Assembly (NCBI GenBank): GCA_030141605.1
Contig: JAQGDQ010000953.1
Coordinates: 12,876 to 76,875 of the forward strand
DNA: 64,000 bases
Direction: 5' to 3'
DNA from: Tubiluchus corallicola
Lineage: Eukaryota; Animalia; Priapulida
The notes under the pieces were generated by a model, which was not told the origin of the DNA, did not search any database, and saw only the letters and a program-made list of their open reading frames with translations. Made by a program: the position numbers and the translations under genes. This document shows, piece by piece, positions 43,801 through 58,717 of the stretch; within the stretch, counting starts at the first letter, position 1, and each line of letters opens with the position of its first letter.

Positions 43801-45129
43801 TATTTGACAGCAACATTAGCGGGCATGCAACGAAGGAACCTTTTTCTTACGGACTAATTCTTTTTCTGACAATTTCAGACAAAGTAGGAGTAAGATTCGT
43901 GCTTCGTTTGTAAGTGACTTCCTTTTGAGTGACTGAGGCTGCCAGAAATTTCTTTGACAACAGTGAGATTAGTGAGAATATTTTCTCTCAAAAATTTTCC
44001 GTAATGAAGTTTGCAGTAAACTAATTATTATGTGATATGCAGACTCTCTCTCATAATAATTACTATTACTAATATGTAAGCGATACCTAAATATTAAAGA
44101 AGTGCGAGTTTCTAGCTATAAAGTTTTTAGCTAAATCGATATTTTTAGACTCTTATTAAGTTTCTATTATTATTTATTATATAAATATCTGAATGTCAAC
44201 AGTTGGTCAGCTTGGAAGCTGTGAAAAAATTTGGGAAAGCAATTTTCCTGTGCATGTTAAGCCATGAAAACATTTAGAAAGGTTAATTTAATTAGAAGCC
44301 GATTTCGATGTGGCCACTGAAGTAAATCTATTATTATAACATAACATAAAAAGAAGACTGCCTTTTATAGTCTCAATGATATTATTCACTGGCATCGTCG
44401 GCTGAATAGACTGTGCTGGTAACTGAGGGTGTTAGTCACTTAAGCTTCGCCCTCTAGGGGAAAGCTTCTGAACGAATATATAATCATGGAGACTATAAAG
44501 GGCACTATGTTTTTTATGTTAAAGATGACAAATCTCAGGAGAGCTCTCTCTCACATAATGGAAATTTTTGATCTCCTGAATCTAAATCTTTACTAAACTT
44601 TCTAATGATGCTATATTAAAATTACCGTATTTATTACCAATTTGTATTATTATTATAGTTTATACAAAGTTTAATGAGTATCTTTTCTTTTAAATTCATT
44701 TACCTGCAGGATGTGATACAGCATGCAACCGTTAAGTTCCATTAAATTATAGTTACAGAAAAGCCTGCCGATCCAAGGAGTCGAGTTCGGGAAGAATTGC
44801 TTAAAAGGGAGTATCCATTCGTGGTACGTGTATTAATTACATTTAAATGCCGCACATACAGTACTATACACACGCGGCATTTAAATAGCTGAGTTTAGGC
44901 CATTTTTCGCCTGGCAAAAATATATGTTGTTGTAGTAATGCACGGAAGTTGTCCAATGTTTTTCTAACGCCCAGCATGGAATCAAATATTTAGAAATCTA
45001 GAATAGAAATTAATTTTAATAAAACCATGAGATTCAAGAAAAATCAAATATTTTTTAATAACTGTCGTTAACTACATAAATGTATAAAAACAGGTAAAAC
45101 ACGTTCGATCTGTTAGTTAGCTTTTAATT

Positions 45130-46330
45130 TGATGGCATCGTTGTTTTAACGACCTCCAGAGAGGCAATGGAAAAGAAAATAAATTTACTAGTGACATGTG
45201 CCTCTGATCTAAGCATGACTGTTCACCCTACAAAGTCGAAATTTTTAGCTTTGGTTACAGTTGACGACAGGAGTTTTCAAAATGTCATAAGTCATAAGTC
45301 ATTTATTTCACCATACACATTTACAGGTTACATATACAATATCTAGTGAAAGGGCCTACAATGGATATAATACAAATAAAAAATACTGCACAGAAAAAGC
45401 CTCAAGCACTATTCACTTATACACGAAGGTAAATGTGTTGTGGGCAATCAAAAAGCAGGGCTTGTTAGATTGTCCCAAAATGGTGATATTACAATTCGGT
45501 ATAAGCCAAAATATATTTATTTCGGCACGCCGATCGTTAATGCAAGCATTGCAGAGCAGGTAGAGATGCACTTGCAAATAAAGAAACCAGAATTGAGAAA
45601 ATTTGGGTCGTTCCTTGCAAAAAGTCCAGATGCATCTTTACCGGTGAAAAAAGCAATATGGCAAAGTACAGTACTGTGTGTTATGTTTCTGTGAATCTTG
45701 GCGCCCGAATAAGTTGAAATGTGTGCCAAAAAGCTTACCTAAAAGTCACTTTTAGCTGTTCAAAAAGCACCCAAACATGCAATGAAATTGCTCTCTTTGA
45801 AGCTGGAGTGCCCCATTTACAAGATCCAAATGTAAGCAGACAAAAGAGGTTTTTGCAGAAGTTTCATGCCCGAACCAACTGTGAGATGTTTCCATTGGCA
45901 AAAGCCACAACTATTTCACGTATGGCAAGTTAATGAAGTTATCTTCAGTTATCAGAGAGGAGAGATGGCAATGTGACTGACAAAGCCAAATAGAAATGTG
46001 TTGATTTGTTGAAATTTGTCTGGCAGAGAATTCTACTCGTCGGCGCACGTATTTGAAGTTTAATCCGGCTTTAGACTTGTGAGAGCGGTTTAAGTGAATT
46101 TCCAAGAACTGCATGTACAAGAACTAGATGTAGCTCTCATCGATTAAACATTGAATTTGGTAGATGGCCAAGAACTCCGATGGAAAATAGACTATGCTTA
46201 TGTGTCCAGATACAAGACGAGGGGCATATTTTGCTAAAATGTCATAGGAGTCATGTTAATATACACAAATTAGTGAATGCGGAAGGTCATAAAAGTTGCT
46301 TGCTGTACATGAAAAAAATACCAAGGGATT
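45130..46330 (+). mobile_element. Degenerate LINE RT/C-terminal fragment
   Basis: YIYFGTPI, TCNEIALFEAG, SHRLNIEFGRW...NRLCLC..IQDEGHILLKC (LINE C-terminal CCHC-like region). Confidence 0.6.
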
Positions 46331-47211
46331 AGATGCAATTTTGTTTGTATCGCATGATAACTACCTATTGGTTTGGCTCAACTAGTTTTCTTGTTATTTG
46401 TATTTGTTGTTGTTGTAATTTGTATTTCACTTTTGTTTGGGAGCAGATGTTACTTGGAATAAGTTGTTTTTATGGACTATTTCTTTCGCCACAAACTCGT
46501 AACTTTTATGCGATGTATTTACAGTTGATAAATGTTAATAAATATCTAATCTAATTTAATCTACAGACTAAAATCCTTAAAGATTATAGTTGTTTTAAAC
46601 TTAAGCAACGAGGGCCAGAACCAGAACAGTGTATGCTGTAGAAAATATGCTAAAAATGATAAATATATGGGTTACTGCCCAAATTTTAACAAACAAATAA
46701 CTTTTTCATGCAGCTTTTAAGATGCAATTTTCTTGTTGTAACAGGTAGGCTAAAAAGAATCAAAACTTTGTTACCACTAATAGAGAACATTATGACGACA
46801 GTACTATAAATTGTCTCGAGATAATAGTTATAGCCTAAACTTCTAAATTAGTATCACTCTGTTGTAAGAAATTTTTGTCAAACATTTATTGTATTCCTAT
46901 GCAACATATTATTATTTCGAAAGTTACTGTGTTCAACTAGTCAAATATTGAATATTGAATAGTGACTTGTATTGTTTTTTATAGTTATGGACCCATTTTT
47001 GTGACACTAATTAAGTTTAGGTCTATCTGTGAAATGGCTGTAAAACGACAAAAAGACAAAAAGTCTTTAACAGTTTAACATGGAGATTATAATCTTGCAA
47101 TTGGTGTAGTTGGACGGGGATATCACCTTGGTAACTTGTTTCCATATTCAGGTGAGTGACAGACCAAAAAGCAATTAAAAGATGAGCATTTTTTGTCTAC
47201 ATTTATAGGTT

Positions 47212-48054
47212 GAATGTAGGTGAAAATGGTACAGGTAAATTGGCACAAGAAAAAATGACACAGCAAAAAATTGGCACAAATGAAACAGTAGGTAAAATGG
47301 CACAGTAAAAAATTATTTTAAATATTTATACCTCTGCTAAGGAAGTTAGGCTTCAACACAGTTTGTTTGTTTGGTTGTTTTTTTTGCAATATCGATAAGT
47401 CTATTAAGCAAAAACTGCCTACTTATTTCAAAGAAACTTTGCGAAAAAAGGCGGTTATAAGGTACCTCACCAGCTCTTTTTTTCGCAAAATTGGCCGGAA
47501 AAAGCATTCGCGAAGCACTTCATGGAGGTATCAGAGGAGTGTTTAGTGCTTCTTTTCTATTATCTCCACCTGGACAAACAACTAGAAGTTAGTTCAAGTT
47601 CTATTTCAAGAAATCCTCGCTTGTAAAATCGCGCAACGCTGTCCATAACCTTTGCTTTTGTGTGTATAGCCTTATAAGGTAAAATTAGGTGGATAAACAC
47701 TATATGGAACCTTCGTGTATTATTGATTATTAATCTATTTAATGAGCAAATATTCTGCGAGTCTTTTGCTAGCCTATATAATACCTGCACAGGTACTTTT
47801 TTGAATGTTTGCTTTTTTAATCGACAAATCAGACGAATAAGTTTAGGATGGTTTAGCTTTCACAGAGATCTGCTTCCTACTGAGCGCATTCTAATTTTAT
47901 TATAGAAATCAATTTCATCAAATTAATGTATGTGCTATTTGCCCTGCACCATTTTTACCTGTGCCACTTTTTCCTGTGCCATTTTTACCGTGTCATTTTT
48001 TCCTGCGTGATTTTTACCTACTTTTCACTTTGTGCTATTTTTTATCGCGCACCG
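47212..48054. mobile_element. Foldback/Mutator-like non-autonomous element with tandemly repeated inverted ends
   Basis: Left arrays of aaaatggcacag, right arrays of ctgtgccatttt; flanked by direct repeat TATAGGTT (47204-47211, 48055-48062). Confidence 0.65.
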
Positions 48055-48899
48055 TATAGGTTAACATGGTGAGCAGCATGAACACATTTCAAATATGTTG
48101 AACAAAAAGTCAAGAGCTGCCTCAATGAAAACAGAGTGAGAAATCCCATTCAACAGTATTAGTTACAAGGGAAACAATTTTCTGGCACAGACTAGAGTAT
48201 TCCAGGGATGAGATGGCTGAATGTGTGAATGTAAGACTTAGTATCAAAATAATTATTTGGATTTTGTGTATTCTCACTTGACAAGCAAAAATGTAAAAGT
48301 TAGCAAAAATATGAATGGCAGGGAGCTATCTTATTACTGTAATGTATTTATCTTAGGCTTTCAGATCCAGTTTAAAATATATCTCAGACGACTTACATGT
48401 CAATTTACGGTTTCGAGATATTTTCTCCGAATAAAGAGTTTGCTGTAACTTACTCTGATACATAGATTTAATCTCGTGCAAAAACTTATCGTTATTAATA
48501 TGCAGGCGGTGCCTGAAGATCAAAGTGCAAGTTTACAGTGAAAAAGCTTTTCTAAATCTTTAATTCACTTAAGCCTAACAAAAAAGATAGTTTTGGAAAC
48601 TCACTAACTTTTATCATTTAGTACATAATTATCTAAAAATCAACAATTGCTCAAATTGGAAGCTGTGACAAACTCAGGAAAATAGTGATGGCTGAAGGTG
48701 AATTCGAGGTGTTAATTAGGGGCAGATTTAGATGTGACCCGCCGACCCCTGAAGCAAAGCTCGTAATTATACCGCAAATAAAACTTTTGCTTTTCTAAAT
48801 CAGAATCTCTAACAGATCATCTAATGAAGTCATATGACCTCTGATGAAGACGAAATCTAATGCCACTTTGCATTTTTAGTATTTTTGAAGTTGAACATG

Positions 48900-49113
48900 T
48901 CTGTGACCCCGCTTGCTTGTCTCCCCCATGACTATTTCCAACAAGTTCGGACTCACCGTTATCTATGCCAGGTGCCTTTCCAGACTTCATCTTTTTCAAT
49001 GCCACCGCCTTAACCTCAACTTGCTTTATTCTTCCATGAATCATTCCATCCACCATTCTCTGTTGTTTTTTAGACATTTGAATATGAGGCGCTATGCGTG
49101 ATTTTATTTTCAC
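48900..49113 (-). mobile_element. LINE (RTE-like) RT N-terminal fragment
   Basis: EVK..ALKKMKSGKAPGIDN motif. Confidence 0.5.
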
Positions 49114-51098
49114 TCTGTGTTTAAGCTTATGTTTTTATTAAGTCCATTTCAGTCATAAGGAATAACTGTTAATACAAGTCAAAATTATTTTATAGAACAT
49201 TTTCTAGTCGGCAGCATGTTTGCTGAATATGACAGGTGTGCATTTAAAAAACTATCAAGAGTCACTGTAGGATTAAGATTTTTTCGGAAATTCTTTCCAT
49301 TTCATAGGGCTTAATAACCTATCACGTTTATACGATTTTGTCTAGAAAGCACTCGTGGGGTGTTAAACCTGCGCACAGACCATCTTGTACGGTTTCGTAG
49401 ACTTCACTGGCTCGAGCGATATTATGAGTCAGTGCATCAACTCAAAACTGCAATATCTACAAATACACTAAACTTCCGTCTGTCAACTAGTGAACACAAA
49501 ACTGCAGTACTAAAACTAGGATGTACTACTTCAGAAAAATAATTTAAAGGAATATAATTTTCAAAAACGGACCAAAGTTATAGCAATGTACTCTGTGAAC
49601 TGTTTCTAGTCTAAACAACCTGTAAGTGTAACTCAACAAACTTGCTTAAAAGAACAGACGGAGGTGGATTGAAACTGTGGTTCTTGAATGTAAACGTAGT
49701 GTTAAATTTGCATCGTAATCAATTACCATGTAATTGTCATTCAAGTCTATAGTACAATCTGCCATGTAATTAGCTGAATTAGGCTTTTTTCATAGATCTA
49801 TATACATATAATAATTTTTCTGTTCCAAAAGTGTAGCTAGCCAGGAGTCACAATCGTTGTGTTGCTCATTTGCTCATTATCGAGCATGACCATGAACATA
49901 GTATAATAAGTATGTTTAAAGTCTATTTGTATTAGACTTAATGTATACATTAAATGTAATCACGTCGTAATTTAGTCGTGTTGTAATTTCTTTTCTATTT
50001 ATTAAAACGTAGGTCTCTTATAACAGACCAATGAACCTTTATTACTAAGCGTGTACGTATTACTCTTGTTTCGTTGTCATTGTAAATATCATCATTGTAA
50101 AAACGTAATATTCATCAATAACTATGCGCATATTTTAATTACTTGTTCTTATTTTTGATATAAAAGCAAAAGGACGTACATTTAGAAAATTGCTACAAAT
50201 TTAACTCAATTCAGTATTTGTTTGTGTTGAATGTGCGAAAGCAATTCAATTCAGGGCATTCAGTCGCCCAAGTTTTACATAAAAATAAAAAGTTACAAAC
50301 ATTCAATTAATTAAATCGTTAAAACCAGATAAAATATTTTCGAAGAATAAAAATCAACCATTCGTCGTAATAAAATTAAACGTTTTCGACAGAAAAATTG
50401 TCGAATAAAACTAAAAAAATTGTACGGTCCTGGGCAACTAAACTAAGAGTGAGTTATAATACCAAATGGAAGATGTTTTAGTAAGGTTGTCGACAAAGTA
50501 CACACCACACCTAAATTTTAGTAGCATCGGTGAAATACATGTATATGGTTATAAAAAGTCTTAAATTGCACAAGAAAAATATTAACTAGTATTTTATAAC
50601 ATTGTAATGTTGGTAAAGACATTATATCATTGTGATGATGGGGGTATCGGCGCCCAATTGTAGACTAACATAACAACATAGATCACATAACAAGACAATA
50701 GAAGAAAAAGTAGAAAAACGTATACTAAAATAATTAATATGTGTGCTCCTTGCTAGTTACGTGTACGAAACTGGTGTTGAAGTCTACGTATTGAACTAGG
50801 GAGGCCATTCTATAGTGCCGTTGAACTACCATTTAATGCATGTTTTCAATGGCTTTATAATGGATCGAACCATCACGGTATAGGAATAGGGGTTGAAAAT
50901 AAATGGCGTTTCGCCTAGAGTGCAATGTAGTTTTGAAGTCTTTCAACTTCATTTATTTACTTAATTTTTTGTGATCGACTCATATATCAATATTTCATTG
51001 GCTATTAGATTAATGATGATGATTACAATAATTTCAAGCAGATAACTCGAGTTCAGTTGCCGCACTAATTCAATTAAGTTTTCTCGTCTAGACGCCAA

Positions 51099-51243
51099 CT
51101 TGTAGCGTCCAGCCTCTTAAGAGCTCGTTAGCGCCTTGTAGCGTTCAGCCTCTTAAGAGCTCGTTAGCGCCTTGTAGCGTCCAGCCTTTTAAGAGCTCGT
51201 TAGCGCCTTGTAGCGTACAGCCTCTTAAGAGCTCGTTGCGCAC
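51099..51243. repeat. 36-bp minisatellite, about 4 copies
   Basis: Unit ttgtagcgtccagcctcttaagagctcgttagcgcc, head-to-tail with 1-2 substitutions per copy. Confidence 0.95.
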
Positions 51244-53481
51244 CTTTGAATTAGGAGAATCTTCTGCTTCGAACAGCAAGGCTTGAATTTGAGTCCAAAC
51301 GTTCCTTCAATAAATTTAGGGTAAGCATCCCTTTCGTTCTCTAGTGTGGAATCTCAAGACCATGTACCGAATCCAAAAGTTTTTTTGAAGCTCTTATGTA
51401 CAATTTCAGCTGGGAATTCACTAAGAAACACAGAATTAAGACGTGTTTTGTGTTGCTCCTTGGGTCAGAGGTTTCGACTTAGAGAGTTTAATTTTGCTTG
51501 TTCCGTTTAACCTCATTTGAATTTAGTCTACCTTGATTATGTGCCGAGTATCAGTTCTTTTTCTCTGTTATCTTTTTATCTTTACTGCATTTTGTTTACA
51601 ACAGTCAACAGACTTGCTTTTTACATTTCTTATTGCCATGGGTGTCGTTAATGAGACAAGTTCAAATTTCCTTCACACGTACTAATAGGGAAATCGTAAA
51701 ATAATTAAACACCAGGGAAAATGCGTTCTGAGCGTGATCATTCAACCGCTTGAGTAGTGGAGCGCTGGCTTCAAGGGGCGCTTATTAACAACTTAATTAT
51801 GTGCGCTATGGGGCGCATACTCTAAACGGAAGTGATTTTATTAATTCTAGATGAGTAGGCTGAAATTACCAAGAGGCAGGAGTTGAGTAAACGTATGCTC
51901 CTAAATACACCACTGGCTCTCTGTGTGGTTCAAAGGCCAGTTATTGGTTAAAACTGTAATAATAAGAAGCTCAACAATCAAATTTTCGCCTTGGTTCAAA
52001 TAAGAAATGCAAATTTCCCTTTTCAATCTTCTTTTTGACGCCGGGGTAGATGCAGATAAATTGTTTTATATGCAGTGAAATATTAAATATTTTCAAAATA
52101 AATAATTAAAACGTTGCATTTTTCCTGATGACTAGGTTTTGTGTTACTTGTACTATTTACTATTGTCTCGTGTTGTGTAATTATTTTTGTTTAACCGCCT
52201 GAGAACGACTGAAAGCAATTTGGCGACGTACTATCCATTACTACACAGTGGCCAACAGTTCAAAAGTGAGGCTTACACTTCTTTCTTCTCATTTGTTATA
52301 AAGGTTGCAATTGTCATCACTGCAGCTCACTGCTTTATACAGTAAGTATATGTTTAGACATATCACCATTGTTGTGTGCTAGACTGCTTCCATATAATGC
52401 TGAAATTGGAGGGCAATAATTCTAGAGTAGATAACTCAAGCGCACTAAGATTATGAGCAGTTTGCAAATTGAACACTTCTTTTCTATACATATATTCTAG
52501 CCCCACAGGATGGCATATTTGCTTCAATAAGACACAACTCACTGGGCGTTTGTGTACGAACTCCTAATTTTAGTTTGGCTATCCCTAGTCATTGCTTTTG
52601 GAAGATTCCTTCGCTAAACCTAAATATATTTGGCTTCGAGTTTAAAAAGAGATAACGGGGTAGTTGGTTATGCCGCCAATCATGGTTGCAGGAGCATGAA
52701 TATATTTGCCACATTACCAGTATATAATTAGCAACCTAATTGTTACGTAGATGAACTACGTTACTCATTGCTCGTTTTAGTTTATAACATTTAGCCAAGT
52801 ACGTTTCTGACATTCTGCAACTAGACTGCAGCCGAATCATAATTCTTATTTTCAACATTGAATTACATGATACTAAAATTTATATACTAAATTGCTTTAG
52901 GAGATAGTAAGAGCATGTCTTACCATTCTAACTATTGTATTCGCTGTTTAAAATGGCGTAAAAATAGGAAAAAATAGTACCGAAACTTTGTGGAGGGGGA
53001 CAAAGAACACCCATTATAACTAATACCCGAACTTACCTTTCCCGGTATGACGCATAGATTTTCCCAATCGTACACTGCTGTCGTTACATCTTAGCCCTGA
53101 ATATACCATAAAACGCTTCTTTGTTTTTCAGTTTACTATTAGGTTTTGGTGGATGGCGGTAAGAGTCGTAAAACATGCGCTACCAGGTGTATTGCGTGAC
53201 GGACGTGGCGCGATGCTTTGTTGCGTTTGTAAAGTAAATTTTTGTGACAAAAATGTTTTTCAGGTTTACGGTCAGTGAATCATAATAAGCTGCAGAAGGT
53301 GACATTGACGATTATTGATGCATATGAGTGCAAATACTTATACAACACAACAATTTCATTTTGTGCATATCAACTAAAGGCGCTACTTGCGAAGTAAATA
53401 CAAGGAAGACAGTGTGCTGCACGAATGCTGTGTTCATCCTACTGTGACTAAATAAGACAATTCACTTGCCATGTTTCTGAT

Positions 53482-53496
53482 ATTATTATTATTATT

Positions 53497-53561
<65 letters not shown>

Positions 53562-53575
53562 CGTTGTTATTATTA
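53482..53575. repeat. Compound (ATT)n(GTT)n microsatellite
   Basis: Read directly. Confidence 0.98.
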
Positions 53576-53726
53576 AGAAATCACTTTACGATCTTGTAAG
53601 AAGGTATTACAAGTAGCATACTAGTACTTTTATAATATTCCTAACTCTTATCTTTGTGTATATGTACTTGTTATCTACTAATGTCATTGCACATGTGCTG
53701 TATCGATTTTAGATGCGAATAAAACA

Positions 53727-53965
<239 letters not shown>

Positions 53966-56399
53966 TTTACGAGCCCGTGTGCTGGGCCTACACCAGTTTC
54001 AAGTAAGATTAACTTATACATAACAGATTACACTAAACATATACCACATTATTATAGCATGTATAAACAGATTACTCGTGATGACAATTTCATTACAGTA
54101 GCCAGGTAACGTAAAAAACTGTTAATGATAACATGACAAATTGAACACACATCGCTTACCAATATCGTAATCATTAAATCATTATGCTGCTAGCAAAATA
54201 TTGTGTAGTTAGTCATGGAAAAGGATTATGTAACTAAGAATGGCTGACTATAAATGCCGTTAGCATTATGTCACTACTTTAAGTCACTAAATGCCGTTAG
54301 TCACTACATGGTGACTGTGGCAATGTTATGGCAATAGTAATAATACCGAAAGGATAACAATATTCACGAATGGTCCACGATAAATGATAATAAGCAATAA
54401 TAGTCCATTATACAATCAGATAATGAAGCGCCAAGATTATACAAGATCACTGGTACACTGAGTCTTAGGTAAATAGAGCTTAACTAATTAGAAATAGGAA
54501 AACAGGGAAAGAGAATTTCTTATTAGTCAATATATGTACTTGCTTCTCAGAGTACTGCAGTGAGCTATACCTCCGGTATATTACAAAAGCCTTGGAAAAC
54601 ATCATGCCTCGCTTTCACTAGGATTTTATCAATAGACCTTAATGTTGTGATGCCTGTTAGAAAGTCCATTAGCATATTGATAGCGAACCCAGGGCTTTTG
54701 CCCTCAAAGAAGACAATGTCCATTTCCACATTTTAGATGTACATCTTAATGGTAGTGTTGCCGACAGCAATATAGTGGCAGAATAAGCCTACAAAGTCAA
54801 AAATTCGGAATACATGTATTATTTGTTTTAACCTTCATCGACCACACTTGTTGCAGTAAATCTGATGTATTTTTTGTTCAGTATTTCGACATTGCGTCCT
54901 CTTCAAGTATACAGAGTCGCTTCATGTAATTTGAATAGAATTGTGATTAGAATTCATCAATTTCTGAGTCTAGATATTGCATATTGTAATTTTTGGCTAT
55001 ATATTGAACGAGTTTAAACAAAGAAAAATAATAATAAATAATAATGTACCAGATTTACTGCTACAAGTGTGGTTTTTTTCATTTATTTACATAATTCAGT
55101 ATGATAGTTGCAGAAGCTTTCCAACCAGTTAAAGCGTCTTCATCGACCATTTTGTTGAGAATGCATGATTTGAAATTGTATTTCAAACAATAAACCTTTT
55201 CCTGCAGCAACTAAAGTATTATGTCTTCTTTTTTTAAGGGATCGCCATTTGCAAAACACGCAAGCAAAGGTTTATCTTCTGATAAGTTTAACCCAGTCAA
55301 CTATCAGTCAGCGAATTGAACGTTTTGCACTAGTGACTAGACCATTCCTTTTTTACAGAGCTTTCAGTGTTTGCTGATTTTCTTGTGGAAACACGTGACA
55401 GTGTCATTGGGTAAAATGATAACTATGCGTGCCACTCAGTCACGGTGTTAATAAGAGACAGTCTTCGGTTGTTGGTCAAAACTTGGTTGTTTGATTTTTT
55501 GTCTATCTTCAGGGCGATTCAGGTGGTCCCATGGTATGAGAGAGAACAGGGGAGGTTAATTGGCATTATATCGACCTCTACCGGTGAATTCACTGGCGGT
55601 GACTGTTTGTATTCAGCGACTGCATCTACAAGGATTACTTATTATTTGAACTGGATTGCGGACATTAAACATTATTTTAGAAATTCAGAATTCAACGATG
55701 ATTTTGACGACTACGTACGCGACACAACTTTAGTACTCAGCGACTCAGCAACGTCAGTTTTTATTGTAATAATAATTACTCTGTATTTCTGTGCTCAATA
55801 TTACCTTTCGGCATGCACTGTAAATATGTGTAAATACTTACTATTTTATCTTACAGCATCTAGGTTAACTTACTTAAAATATTTAATCATTGATTATTTT
55901 AATTATTTAATATATTATAATTATTTAAAATTATTTAATAGATCGATTATCAAAATATTAATATTTAAAATAGTTTAAAACTTATGTTGTTGTCTAATGT
56001 CTGCATAATACACGATTTTCACGGAACATTCATTTTCGATGTATTTATTTACCACACTAACCTAAAATTACTGTTACTTTATATTCAAATTACTTTATTT
56101 ATAAAAATGAAGTTTTTTATTTTTTTAATATAAAAAGATGAGAGAAATTAATGACAAAGGTGTTATAGTACAATAACACAACAATATAACGTTTCCATGG
56201 TCGCTTATACGTGTGCTAAAATACGACAATTAAAGTTAGTTGTGAACTGCGGATATTACAACCAGCCCACTGAAGGAAGTCTGTCATTAGTGAGGTTCGC
56301 GTGTTTGCAAGAAGTCGCATCAATGTCTACGCTGCTGAGCTGGGTCCTTAAGACGAGGATATAGTCAGTCGTGAAGCGTTAAGGCCAATTTGTTGGGGA

Positions 56400-56700
56400 C
56401 AGAAGACGATTCAATGGAAGTGAGAGTCAAAGAACTGACTTCGTCACTGGAAAGAAGGTCACAGTGAAAAACCTCGTCAGGTTATGGAAGAAAGGGCAGG
56501 AATTAATTCAGATGTTTTGGCAACGCTGGACATCAGAATATCTTCCATACCGTAGAGAACGCCATATTAGCGATCTTCATCAAAGTAGGGTGATGTGTTC
56601 TTATGTACCATCATTACATGAAATCGTTAAAGTGAGCAATCATAATTTACCACGCTGTCAGTGGGATTAGGCCAGATTACTAAATTACATTGCTCATCGA
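56400..56700 (+). mobile_element. BEL/Pao LTR-retrotransposon fragment (integrase C-terminal, DUF5641-like)
   Basis: LWKKGQELIQMFWQRWTSEYL..RERH...NLPRCQW motif. Confidence 0.75.
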
Positions 56701-58589
56701 GTCAATACTAACGCTGCTCAGTGAGTGGATGAGTGACTACCTGGTTCACTGTTCTCTGGAAGCGCTAATCTCATTGATTACGACAGTTTTGGTGGCAAAG
56801 AATATGTTCACATCTGAACGTGCCTGGAACATCTTTACCAACTCAGCCTAGCATCTTGGAAGATTAGTTTCCATAGCGATTGAGTTAGGTTCAACTCCGC
56901 TCACAAGCATCAAAATTTAAGGATTAATAATTGCCGTCATTCATGGCACACAGTCGTAGGCACGACCTTCGTATTGCTCGCGGCTATATAGTCTTACTGT
57001 TTGTTTTTTACTAATGTACAAATGTATATATTCGGTGTCTAATTAATAACAAAAAATAATAAATTAAGTTGGCATAGCTGCTGAGTACTGGACTGGAACT
57101 TGCAGAATGTCAAACTGGATACAAAGCGGTACTTTTACAAGCCCCATTGTAAAGACATTAGTATTTTTAAGCAGTTTTCCTCAAACCAGTGTTTCACGAG
57201 GCTTGCGACTTCGGTGACTATCCGAAAATTTCTACGTACAACAATCGTTAAACAAACTCTAAACGTTTTCTAAACCTTTCCAAGAAAGTAGCTGCCCTGT
57301 GAAGTCCTGTCGTTAATCTACACACATAGATTGTCAGTTTAGTATGCCAAGCTTTGTAAATATAATAATGTATGGTGTTATCTGAACTTATTTTTGTGAC
57401 AAGACAAAATCGCATTTGTGATATTTTTGTGACCACGTAGCAGTGTGAATGCATAACTGTTTGATAATAATTATTTGAAACGATATAGCATTAAGTGCTT
57501 GTAATTGATCTTCGTGTTTTCTATGCATTTCCAACAACAACTACTTTCTTTGCAGCAAATCCATTAGATAATTACCATGCACATAAGTGTACGATATATT
57601 AACATTTTGAGAAATCGCAGTTTAAGCCTTGCCGTCAACAGTTTTTTGCGCAGTTTTGGTTCGCCGATTCACTAGCATCAACAGACAGCAATAATACATA
57701 CTGCATCACACTATAATTACGATAAGCCTTCGAACTGGTTACGAGAAATGACAGAAATAAAATTCATAATCATTGTTACTTGTCTAATGGTTACGTTCAT
57801 AAAACTGTAAACATTTGTTGTTGAAACATTTTATCGATGCAGATTTATAACATGGATATGCATTAGTTATGCAACATTAGAATTTGTCTTCGGGCGTTAT
57901 AACGCTTTCGCTGTTATAATGTTTGTATGTGTAAAAACGTCACAAGCTTTACAAATTTGCAACGATATAGGTAACAAAGTTAGGATCTTATAACGTCTGC
58001 TGTGTCCCTCTGTACACCATTAGTACGTTGGTCATTAAGAATTTTTAATATTTTTCGTTGCGATTGTGTATCGTTTCTTATTGCATTTTGTAATAGTTGT
58101 CTTTAGTTTTACAACGTTATTCATCAAGAGTTATAACGTTTGATTGAGGACTGTTCAAATAACGTCTGCAAATTCTATATGTAATAAATATCCTATGAGA
58201 AATTACCTGAAAACTTGTCTGGGAGAGATTACATCAGGCCGATCACGACAATGGCCAACATATACAACTCAAGAATGTCACAGACCGAGAAGGAAATAAG
58301 CATTGTTGTTTATTCCATTCTTTGTTGTAGCTGTTACAAGCCTATATGATTCGTATTTTTATTTTCAAATTCAAATTTTATACATGATCAATGAGTGTGA
58401 AATGATGTTAGTAGTTATTTAAAGTTTTGGTTTCACGCATTAAAAGAGTTCACATAATTTGTATGCCATTCTACGTATATATCCGTCATCTAGTGCCAGA
58501 CAGAAAGTATGCAATAGCACGTGCATTCTAGAATTGAAATTAATTAAGTATGCTCCACTGCTGATGTGCTATCATTAATCATCGAGCAC

Positions 58590-58717
58590 CTAATAGACCT
58601 TTAGAGTGCCAAGGCGAAGATATGTTAATAGTTACTGACATCTCCAAGACTTTTAATGAAGTCTAGGACAAAGGCCTACTCCACAATGGCAGTGCTCTCG
58701 TCTAAATATCATCATAT
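58590..58717 (+). mobile_element. Short LINE RT remnant interrupted by the Gypsy insertion
   Basis: ...LIVTDISKTFNEV*DKGLLH resembles DISKAFDKVWHxGLL. Confidence 0.55.

Noticed and set aside
44004-44080. Possible signal-peptide exon 1 of serine protease copy 2 (ATGAAGTTTGCA...gtaag)
   Set aside because: Stop after six codons and no homolog to align; too weak to call.
51099-51243. CRISPR array (36-bp palindromic repeats)
   Set aside because: Units are head-to-tail with no spacers, there are no cas genes, and the context is eukaryotic.
55537-55539. In-frame TGA after GDSGGPMV as selenocysteine or readthrough
   Set aside because: A frameshift follows within about 20 nt and other exons of the same gene are also frameshifted; simple pseudogenisation explains it.
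55445-55978. 177-aa ORF as a standalone membrane-protein gene
   Set aside because: It begins in an intron and only enters the serine-protease frame after the frameshift; the 3' part is AT-rich read-through.
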